64,000 bases of DNA from Perna viridis (Eukaryota): NCBI GenBank assembly GCA_037379345.1, contig CM074515.1, forward strand, positions 8,990,001 to 9,054,000, written 5' to 3'. Below are positions 1 to 10,959 of this stretch, in pieces; the first letter of the stretch is position 1; the number at the start of each line of letters is the position of its first letter. A program made the translations under genes and the position numbers. Below the pieces are notes generated by a model, which was not told the origin of the DNA, did not search any database, and saw only the letters and a list, made by a program, of their open reading frames with translations.

Positions 1-94
1 AACCACATTATCAATACAAACACTATTTGTATGTTTGAACTTAAAGAATAGATAATTTTCAATGGCAAGCCAAAGTGAAAAAAATGAGTCTTTC

Positions 95-1610
95 ATAATA
101 TTAAAAATGATTTTGTAATATAACAAATTAATTTTTTAACATTACAAATTTGATTTCTAATATTACAAAACGCATTTTTTATTTTCATTTTTTTTTTAAT
201 TTTCAAACAGTCATATACAATCATCATTATATGAAACACATAACTTATATTGTTCACAAATATCACAACATGATTTAGTATGCAAAGAATACATATATTC
301 ATTAAGAAATGTATACACTGTTGAAAAATATTTTTGTAAATAATGGGGGTTTTTACCAAAAAAAAAATCAGAGGATAATAAAAATGATAAAAAAAATAAA
401 GGAGAAATTAATCAAGAGAAAAAAAACAAACAAAAGCAAAAGAGGAGAAGTCCTGTTTTCTAATTTGAAATGCATTAATAAATCATTCATTTCACTTACA
501 TACATTGTGAGTCCTAGACATAAAATATATTTTGGAATTTATTCCACTTAATATTGAACTTAGTAATATACTTATTTTTACTGCTAACATTTTTTCTATC
601 TTATACATATCTTGCAACTTACATTTTAATGCTACTATAGATAAATTATTTTTTGATATCAAAAATTCAATTAATATTTGAGAAATTAAATTTCAATATT
701 ACATGAATTTATAATGTTAAAAAATAGTTTCTGGTATTTAAAAATGATTTTGTAATATCAAAAAATAGTATGTTTTCTAATATTACCATCGATGTAATAT
801 TACAAAATAAGTGTATACTAATAGGAAAAAATGATTTTCTAATATTAAAAAAATATTTTTTACTATTACAAATTCATTTTCTAATATCACAAATTTATTT
901 TCTAATATTACAAATTTGATTTCTAATATAAAAAAAAACCTTTTTTAATATTAAACATTCAATTAAATTAAAAACAAAAACAAAAAACAAAAACAAAAAG
1001 AACAAAAACAAAAACAAAAAGAACAAAAAGACAAAACAAACCCCGATTTTTTAATATTAGAAATTGATTTTCTAATATTAGAAAATGGATTTGTTGTATT
1101 CAACTACGATTATTTAATATTATAAAATCATTTTGTAATATTAAAAAAAATGTGACTGATTTTGCAATATCAGGCGCGTAGTTGAGGCCAAATTGAAGAG
1201 TAGGCAAAATTACGGCAGGGGGTCTGATAAAAGCCCTGGAAGGGGTTCTAGGGGGCGAAGCGCCCCCCCCCAAAGCTCCGCGGACATAGCGTTTTGGAGC
1301 ATCATTTATGCATCTCCTGGATGTATTTTATCCCCTCCACCACAAAAAAAAAAAAAAAAAAATGGCAAAATTTAGTGCAGGCAAAAGCTTTTTGCCTAAC
1401 GGCAGCTACGTGCCTGAATATTGCAAAATGATTTTTTAATATTACTAATTCATTTTCTAATATTACAAATTCAATTTGTAATATTACAAAATGTGTGATA
1501 TTTTATGATATTACTAAATCACGATTTTGTAATATTAGAAAATGAATTTTTAATATTACAAAATAAATTTCTAATAATAATAAAAAAAATAAATCTTCTA
1601 ATAATAAATC
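95..1610. repeat. AT-rich degenerate ~21-bp repeat region with an internal (CAAAAA)n tract at 970-1040
   Basis: Recurring TTTTCTAATATTACAAA units in both orientations; interrupted by the MITE at 1171-1416. Confidence 0.65.
1171..1416 (+). mobile_element. MITE with CAGGCGCGTAG...CTACGTGCCTG TIRs (hAT-like ends)
   Basis: 14-bp imperfect TIRs; second copy at 17772-17958. Confidence 0.8.
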
Positions 1611-1829
1611 AAAGTACTGAAGTACTGAGTCAGTGAAGGCCTTCATAGTTTGCTCTGTTCACATTTCAAACAATAATAAAAATGGATTGCATAATATTTA
1701 AACAGGGAAAGTAACTTTTAAACCTCTGTTTCGAATCAGATGTGTATATAATTTTACCACCCATTGTCTGTGTTTCTTGTTTGTTTTTAACTGAATTATG
1801 AAAGTTTAAATTTTCGTAGCACTTTTCTA

Positions 1830-2412
1830 AGCATCTATTCATCACAACGGTCTGGATTTTAATATATTCTTCCTGTAGTTATGCCATATGGTGGGATCTA
1901 TTTTCAGAAATTCCTGTCTACCGAGGACTTTGCTTATTTTAACATTGTATTTTGCAAGTTGAATTTTTTTCGTCCAACTTTCTCAGCAACTACTCGTCAC
2001 AATAGCTTGACGTTTAAGCACATTGTATTTGTACTTAGGTATGCCATATAGTACGATATATTATCCGAAAAATCGACAACAACTTCCTGTTAATCGAGGA
2101 CTTTGTTTTTGACTTTATATTTTGAAAATTGACATTTTTGTCGCGCTTTTCTCGGCAACTACTCATCACGGTGGCTTGAAATTGTAACACATTTTTTCCG
2201 TAGTTATGCTTTATACTGGGATCCATTTTTGGAAAAAAATTCCACAACTTCCTGTTTACCAAGGGGTTTGTTTTTTCCCTCTTTTGACCATATGGTAGGA
2301 TCCATTTTGAACAAATAAATCGACAACAACTTCCTGTTTACCGAAGACTTTGTTTATTTTCCTTATAACGTGGTTGAAAGCGGGGGTATCACTAGTGAGC
2401 CACCGCTCACTG
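1830..2412 (-). mobile_element. Helentron-associated (HINE/pearl-like) element with ~3 degenerate ~170-bp satellite units
   Basis: Recurring TTCTCRGCAACTACTC, GTAGTTATGC and ACTTCCTGTTTACC motifs. Terminal GCGGGGGTATC..GTGAG..CTCAC hairpin; a similar head occurs inverted at 42972 and 48141. Confidence 0.6.
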
Positions 2413-3730
2413 AAATTTTACTCTGTTAGATACAAAGCTTTTTTTCAAACTGAGAAGGTTATAAACAAATGAGAGAAAAATTACCCACAGCTTTTTCAAC
2501 TTTTCAGACACATAGATTTGATGATACACATATAAAAATATACATGTGAAATCAATCTCTGATGTTTTTTTTTCTGTTTCACCAATTTCACTACAAAGCA
2601 TTTGCTTCTGCTTATCATAGGATTGAACCAAAGTTTATTACATGTATGTCTATAGGCTTTAAAATTTGGGTTATCCCAAAGTCATAAATTATAGGCTTTT
2701 GTAGCTTAACAACTATTGAATCCAGTCAAAGCATGTCAATTTGCCTTTTTGCTGTCTAATTACCATCAATATGAATGAAATGACCATACAATCAGGCAAG
2801 ATCATCAACACAGCAGCCCAACGAGTAGTATAGACACACTCTGAGTTCTATCCGATTACTCAAAGGCTGGATTCCGTCACATCTACAGTACTAAATACAG
2901 TTACTAACAGAATCCCCAAAAAGGTATTCAAACAGCTTGTATCTCTCAGTTCTTTTGGATTCCATATACTCGATGGCTAAATCAGAGAATTAGCAAGTCC
3001 CATTCTAATTAACTGCATTGGTGTGATCTTGTTGTAAATAGCAAAATAAATAAATAAATAAATAAATAAAAATGGACGAAGAATCAGAAAAGAGCTAATT
3101 ATAGTTTCTTATCTATTTATTGTAACGTATCTCAGTGCAACGAAGACTACAATTATTGTACATTGATGATTTGAAAAGTTTCCCATGATTACAATATTTT
3201 ATAAATTAAATCTAATTTAAAATATAGAATGACTGAAATAATACATGTATTTCATAGTATTGCATATGATTCTAAGTTGATGTTCTCTTTCATATCTACA
3301 TCTTGGGATAATCCGGCAAATTAAAAAAAGAGTCAGAACTTGACATGATGCTCATCTGGTGAAGGATGACGCGATGATACTAATTATAATTAACGGCCAC
3401 AGGTGTAGAAATAAAAACTTACCAAGATAATCAAAACTTTTTCGCAACTCATGCAGGATTTATAAAGAAAGGATGATGTGTGCATTAGGGAATGCTTTTG
3501 TGATGTTACCCACCTTTAAATAAAAAAGTAATAAAACTGTTTCCAGAATGGCGTGGCCTTCAGCTTCAGCAACCCGGTAAATTTTTGTTCCACAAGTTTC
3601 TCTTGATTTGTTGTGACATGCATCAATTTGATCCTCTATCCTACATAACAACACATAAATGCACTGTCCCGTACTACCATACATCGTGTACTAAGTTACA
3701 GCCCGAGATTAATCCTACGAGGAGGAATGA

Positions 3731-4212
3731 CCTGGCCAGCTAAAGCTATATTTTTATATAGCTTAGCTGGCCGAGTGGTCTAGGGCGCTGGACTTTGTGC
3801 AGGCGGTGTTGCCAAAGATATCACAGCGGCACAAGTTCGAGTCCCGCGGAGGGAACGACCAAAAATTTGCATCGCAAATTTGACAGTTCTAACATCGTTG
3901 GGAATTTTTCAGACCTTTCTATACGTTTACATATATTCCGATGGAGCAGTGTAGCGAATAAAGTCGTCACATTCTGAGACGTTTATATAGAGTAGCGAAT
4001 AGTCGTCACATTCTGAGACATTTGTATAAACGTCTCAGAATGTGACGACTCTATTCGCTACACTGCTCCATCGGATCAAATTGATACAGGGAAGATATAT
4101 AGACGTATAGAAAAGTCTTAGAAATTCCCAACGATGTTAGAATTGCAAAATTTGCATCGCAAATTTGACAGTTCTAACATCGTTGGGAATTTTTCAGACC
4201 TTTCTATATATA
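3731..4212 (+). mobile_element. tRNA-derived SINE-like element in a rearranged foldback configuration
   Basis: A box TGGCCGAGTGGTCTAGGGCGCTGGAC and B box AGTTCGAGTCC. Downstream segments recur in inverted and direct orientation, joined at TA-rich runs. Confidence 0.65.
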
Positions 4213-4819
4213 TTGGAAGTATCCAATGGCGGTTTCAATATCAGTTATAGTATCCACTGGCACTATCAAATATGGAAAAACGAACTCCTATACCACACAA
4301 ATTGAAGTGCTCGATGCTACTATCCTCACATTAAAAAATGAACTTATATGTATTATTATGTACTTATTTTTGATGTTTTAGTTTTTATTTATGTACACGT
4401 AGTAACAAAAATCAAGCACTCGTACATGTACGTGATATATACATATAATACACTTAAATCATAAATCAAAATGAATATGAAAACAATCGAAATATTTATG
4501 TATATCAAGTACACCTATATATACTAAATCTTTCAATGGCCATATACTATGTACAATATAATGCAAACAAATAGTTTAGCTTTATCTTAACTCGTATTAA
4601 TGGATTAAATGATTTAATAGCAATCCTTTTTACACATTATTCATAATGTAACCATTGACCAGTGGAATTTCAACCTTTTACATCAAATATGATGTATATT
4701 TATTTCTGGTTTATCTCCCATTAATAATTCAACATTTATTAATATTTAACCATATAAAATATTCTTAATCTATATCTTTCTTATTTAGTTTCCTGTTTTT
4801 TTTTCATCCCATCATTCCA

Positions 4820-7800
4820 TCTGAACAATAACAGGGGGAGGCGGAACTTGAACTGATCTTTTAGCTTTACTATTTAAATTTGCAAAAGGTACCCAAACAG
4901 CATGTTCTGCTGGCTACCCAACTAAATGAACCAACAAATACTTCTTGTTGTCCTGAACCTTCTGACCTAAGATTCGTTCAATCTTATGGTATCCCATCTT
5001 ATCTATAATGCCATCTTCTGAAGATAGGACTTCATCTAAATTAACTCTATCTCCATAGCGTTCTGGAATTTTGCGCATCGACTAGAACGACGAAGAACTG
5101 GTTCTTTCTCCTCTTGTTTATTAATTTCTTTATCTTTCTTAGTGATACTTTCATCATGTACCAACAGAGTCTCTGACAAGATATTTTCTTCTTGAAAATA
5201 TTGCCTTGGTGTCGGCTCCCTAACATGAGCCATCTTCAATCTGTTTACATGAACAGGATTTTTAAGACATTTGTTTGTCTGTGGGTCTTTTAACACCACT
5301 AAATGCGGACTGTTGACTTCATATACAACAAACGGTCCTTAGTACCTATCCTGTAACTTCTGCCCTTTACCTACAGTTTCTTGTTGTAGGTAAACATAAT
5401 CACCTGTACATGCTGATTATGGTTGAGATTTCTCATTTGCTTCATCAACCATTACCTTTTGGCTTTGTAAGACTTGTTTTTGAGTTCTGTCCTTATTCTG
5501 TTTAAATTTTCTGAATGTTTCTGAACCTTAGGATCTCATACTTATTGGAACTGTATTCAAATCTACAACTGGTGAGGAAATCATAGAAAATTTAGGTCTT
5601 GCCCCAAAAATTACTTCATGTGCGTGAATCCTGTGCTTGAATTCACAGACTGATTAATTGAAAATGTAATACATTGAAGATAATAAATCCAATTAGTTAT
5701 AACACCATTCATGTATAGGGTTGCAAAGCCTTATCTTCTCTCTGTATACTACTTAAATTTTCATGACTTATATTCAATTTACATAGTATTGTATCCTTTT
5801 TCTCATCTACATGTATGTTTGCCTCAGGCTTTACTTTTACATCATTACTTTCTCCAGTACTTTTAGCATTCTTAATTACTCTTAGTTTTCCTTTTTGCAG
5901 AACAGACTTGTTTGTTCAAATCCTCAGTATCTGCATCGTAATCAGTATTTTGTATGTATCACAATATGATTCACTTCTTTAACCTTCATTAGCTCCTGTA
6001 ATGTAACACCACCAGGCAATGTGATATCACCTGTTTTATCTTCAACACAAGGAAAGAATGGGTCAACCTCATATGGACTTGCTTCACCTGGACTGTTTAT
6101 ACCAGTTTCACATCTGGACAGTGCATCGGCTACAACCAGTTGCTCAGCTGGTTTGTATTTTATTTCAAAATTGAATTATTGAAGAATTGCTAGCCATCTT
6201 TCATAAATTGCTCCTTTTAAATTCTTTGGAACCAAAGTTTTTAAAGCTTGATGGTCACATTCTACAATGAATTTTCTACCCCTTAAATAGGATGCACAAT
6301 TTAAAATACTAGTTACCATTCCCAAACGTTCTAGTTTAGTTGGTCCATATGATTGTTGCCATTTTGCAAGTGTTTTTGAACCAAACCTTATGACATGGAT
6401 ACCATCGTTCAAATCACCCTTTTGATATAACATGTAACCTGTGCCTGTTTTTAATGTATCTACAGCTACAGCTACAGCTACAGATAAAATGTCTGATCAA
6501 ATTTTGGAAATGACAATGGGCCTGAAATTGTCAATTCTGTCTTCAAACTTTGAAAAAGCATTCTCATGATCATTTGTCCATTTAAATCTGATATTTCTTT
6601 AAAAGTTTGTATAAACAGTTTGCTTTACTGCTATATTTTTTTATAAACTTCCTGAACCAATTCATGAGACCTACAAACCTTTTTAGTTCTTTTGCAGTTT
6701 TTGGTCTTGCAGATTCAGAAATTGCTTCTATGCGATCTGCAGGCGGTCTTATACCATCTTTAGAAATTTCGTGTCGTAAAAATTCACATTTTGCAACTGC
6801 AAATTTACATTTTTCTAGTGAAAGTTTCAAATTAGCAGATTGAATTCTACTGAATACTTCTTGCAAATCATCTAAATGTTGTTCAAAATATTCTAAGAAA
6901 ACTAACACGTCATCTAAATAACATAAAGTGCTTCGAAATGAAAGACCATTCAATACTTTGTCCATGAGTAACTGGGATGTGTTTGGTGAAGTTTTCAAAC
7001 CCATCGGTAACCTACGGAATTTGAATGTTCCAAAAGCAGTATTGAATGCCTTTGATAGAATCAGATGATATTTTTCACTTGGAATAAACCAGAGCTTAAA
7101 TCAATAGTAGATATGAAATTTGGGGTTCTCCGAGTAAATGATTCTGTCAATTTTTGTACATCAGGTATTATATAGCGAAAGTCTTGAGTTCGTGAATTCA
7201 AGTATCGAAAGTCTACACAAAACCTGTACATAGACAAGCTCTCCCCCTTTGTACTCATACCTGCTTTCCTTATCTTATTTCTTTTAGCTACTAAAACTAT
7301 AGGGCTAGAAATAAGAACATTTTCTTTTTCATCAACTGGAGTAATGATACCCTGTTTCAATAATTCATCTAGCTGATGCCTCAATATTTCTCTTTTATAC
7401 GGAGGTAAACGGTTTGGACGTTGGTGTTTTGAAACTGCATCTGGTTTTAAATGAATCTGATGCACAATTACTGACGTTACTCCCAAGTCTTGATTTTTTT
7501 TGTAACATAAATTGTCTTGTTTTTTGATAGGTACCATATTATTACACGAAACTGTTCACAAAAATCCTCTTTTAGTGATGTAATTACTTGCTGAACATAC
7601 TCCTTGGTAACCTTTTGAAAGAGTAATCAAGGGAACCAAGGTTATAGCGGTAATCAAAAGAATGTAATCCAGGGACAAAGACTAGACATGGAAAACAGAC
7701 ACACACAACAAGGAACATAAAGTAACTAAAATCATACATACAAAGTAACAAAAGTAAATGAGCAACTCGGACTCCACTAAAAACTGGGAGCATGGACCAC

Positions 7801-9701
7801 GTGCACCGGTAGGGTAAGCGTCCTCTGCTTTTCTAGAAACACCCACCGAGTTGCTCATAAAACGTCATGTCCGGGGTAGACAAACGAGGAAAGGTAAACT
7901 ATGACCCGTTGAATAAATCAGTTTTCATGGTGCTGATGGATACATCATAACGATCAACGAGTTCATGATGACGACCATAAAACTTCTGTAGTGATGACTT
8001 CAATCTTGCAGCAACAAAACCCTGTTCATCCCTGAAACCTTTCCCCAAACTACTGACTCTGAATTAGCTGGGAAGTTTAATTTTTTAAGGGAGTGAACCT
8101 TAGTTTTAGAAAATTGAAATGAATGATTAGAAAAATCTAATTGAACACCACTGGATTTCATATACCCTGTTCCTATTATTAATGAATGTGAGGTAGCTTT
8201 CATAACATAAACATCAAAATTACAGTGTTTACCTTCAATTATACCATTAACAGTGGCTACGCCATCTAATCTCACTTTTTGCTTATTTGCAAGTGTTACA
8301 GTTTCATTACCTATACAAAATAAGTTACTTTTATGATTTCTTGGCAATGAATCAATTAAACACGAATCTAACAAAGCTGATACATGACTATTAAATCTTA
8401 CATTTAAGTATAAAAAAATTCTAAATGTACTCACATTATCTTTTGAATTAAATTGGTTATTCCCAACAACACAATTTACATTACCGGTACGTGTCCTATT
8501 ATTAAGATGTCTTGTTATTTGGCTACTTTGGTCGCAATTTTCACTGTCTCTTTCCCAAGGGAACGCGACGGTCTTCCTTCAGGTTTCTTCTGTTTCCTTT
8601 GATGTCTCTGGTAGCATCTGTCTGCAGTGTGGCGATTTTTATGACATATTTGCCATGTTGTCGGAAAAGTTTTTTCTGTCCATTGTTTCTACAATTTTGA
8701 CATCTTGATTTCTCCTTCTTGAATGTTTGTCCTTGTTATTTCTAATATAGGCGTTCTGTAATTCTTTTGTAAGAGTCTCTAATGTCTCTTTTATTCTTGT
8801 AATTCTATCACCTTGCACAGCTGTTACAATTGGTTGGTGTGGCTCTTATCCAATACTGGCATTATACTGGTTCTATAACCATAAGCTTCTCCCAGTTTGG
8901 TAGCATTTAACGCCTGGTTAATATCACATGGATTGCCTGCACGCACATAGAAGGCAAGTTAAGGTGGTAATCCTTCTATAAATTTTAGTAAAACCTCCTG
9001 TGTTGTTTTCTGGAGTCTACGACCTTTGTCAATAATTTTACTGAAATATTCTTCAATTGGTTGTCCTTCAATAAGTCTTGTATTTTGAAATAACTCTGTT
9101 TCTATTAACAGTACTGGTGTTGTCACAAATACAAACTTTGCTTTAAATGCTTCCAATATTTTGTCCCATTAATACTTGTTTTAAAATCACTATTTAGATT
9201 TGAATACCAGATATGAGCTGGTCCACAAAGGTGTAACTGGAATGCAGCAACCTTTCTTGAAGGATCTTGTATTTTACTACACACTGTGTAGGCCTCAAAG
9301 TATGATATAAATTGTTCAGCATTTTCATTGGTATATCCACTGAACTTCTTCACATTAATTCTAGGTGACATTTCCATTTCTGAATCACTTATTGAGGTAT
9401 TAGCATCACTATTATTTAGTTCTTCAGCAGAACTGACAGTTTGTGAAGAATCGTAAACATATTTAATTGTCTCATCTAAATCTTCAATATCTAATAAGGT
9501 ATCAGTCTCAGTATAAAAATATCCATCATCATATGAGAAAATATCCATTAATTTTTGTTCGAAATACTTTTTAATTCTCCACATGTAAAGTAATGTAGAT
9601 TTATTTAAGTTACTTTGCAAGAGGTTTTTGAACTGTATGATATGTTTTGTCACCGTCACTCTTTTTGATGCAACAATACTAAGTCCATAAATAAAGTTCA
9701 C
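4820..9701 (-). mobile_element. Decayed Gypsy/Ty3 LTR retrotransposon A (gag, PR, RT, RH, partial IN, chromodomain-like tail)
   Basis: gag (KFSGYTNENAEQF, FQLHLCGPAHIWY), protease (ALLDS, IIGTGYM), RT (YRFCVDFRYLN, IDLSSG, PMGLKTSP, YLDDVL), RNase H (AVDT, VECDHQAL), integrase C-terminus (GPF, VHVNRLK). Many frameshifts and stops; the integrase core is largely deleted. LTRs not identified. Confidence 0.9.
7617..8027 (-). mobile_element. Penelope-like 3' fragment inserted in Gypsy A pol
   Basis: Reverse complement matches the ORF end and full 3' UTR of the 16.1-16.5 kb and 24.0-24.3 kb copies. Gypsy coding sequence resumes on both sides. Confidence 0.85.
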
Positions 9702-9770
9702 TTTTAATTAGATTAATTTTGATGTTCAATAAATACACTATAGATGTTAATTGCTCTAATGTTAAAGCCT

Positions 9771-9771
<1 letters not shown>

Positions 9772-9816
<45 letters not shown>
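9772..9816. repeat. (CT)n microsatellite
   Basis: Perfect dinucleotide run. Confidence 0.95.
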
Positions 9817-9819
<3 letters not shown>

Positions 9820-10705
9820 ATCTGATCTTCATCTTCTGATTTTCATTCTCAAAACTACCTCCACAACATTCTCCCATCCTATAATCAAACCTTAATCTAG
9901 TAATAACATTTCATATGATGTAAACATGTAGTGTCAGCTTAACTAAATTGTAACTGCTATAAAATTACTTATCTTTAATCTAATAGATAGTAAATAAACA
10001 AAAAACTACAGTGCCATACATCTATGGACCAGTGTTCATAATTGCATGATACTGTGGGAAAGTTAATCTGGTTTGTGATATTAATTGGACTTTATAATAC
10101 CGACAACAGTACCTTCTAAAAATTGCAAAACTAATACATAACACTGGAAAACTACATACACAAAACAACATTTCATACTACCTGACCAGATGACCAACAA
10201 CCGGTTTAACACAACTCAAGCATGTCAAAGGTAGTCAGGATAGAATGGTCGGTCCACTTAACAAAATGGACGTGTTACTCTATTACCTTTAAATTAATCG
10301 GAGGAAATATACAAAATATGACATAAACAAAACGGTGAACATACTAACAGGTAAGTCTATTTTAGTCACACTACTCACGCCTTCAGCAATTTCATGCGCC
10401 ATCTTCATAGGGGTTTCCTCATGTTTTCTCAAGCTTGCTTGTGCCTCTGGAACTACCACTTTCGGAGGACTTGGCAGTATACTATTTGCCAATCTTCTCC
10501 TAAAATTAGTTAGACTCCTCGTAGTATGCACAGGAGCAGATAAAGTTGCCTTCCTAACTGTTCTGCCTGCTTCAAACGACACGTTACTAGTTTCATTTAC
10601 TACTGCGTTGTTCTCTGCAACTGACACCATTGGCTTGACAACTTCTTTGTCCTCAGCCTTTATTAATCGGACATTCCTGTCCGAATGTAATGGTTCTCTT
10701 GGTAC

Positions 10706-10828
10706 ATCGCATATACCCAAAAGAACTTGAGATAAAGGATACTACAGACACTGTGAAGTCAGCCTCATATCTTGACCTGAATAACACTCTTGATTATCGC
10801 TGTAACCTTGGTTTCCTTGATTACTCCT
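10706..10828 (+). mobile_element. Penelope-like fragment: internal RT piece fused to the 3' terminus
   Basis: 10706-10779 matches RT at about 23720-23794 (IYPKELEIKDTTDTVKSASYLDL). 10788-10828 matches the 3' terminus. Confidence 0.75.
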
Positions 10829-10959
10829 TCAACAACCTCATCACTAGAGATATCAGAAAACAAACTCTTAGAATGATCTTCAGCCTCACTTCTCCTTTTT
10901 GCAGTTTTCTTCAAGCTCTCTGAATTGTTGTTTTCGCTATCTTCTTCTTAACTCCCATG

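Noticed and set aside
2901-2916. Shared TACTAACAGAATCCC with about 63696
   Set aside because: The match is too short to establish a family without a search.
3760-3850. Functional tRNA gene
   Set aside because: A and B boxes are present, but there is no convincing acceptor or anticodon stem and no terminator; it continues into a repeat body.
3936-3985. Hammerhead ribozyme
   Set aside because: CCGATGG...CGAATA only loosely resembles CUGAUGA...GAAA and the required stems could not be built.
7584-7793. Recurrent small ORF family (CFPCLVFVPGLHSFDYRYNLGSLDYS)
   Set aside because: It is a translation of the Penelope-like 3' UTR, with frames and starts inconsistent between copies.
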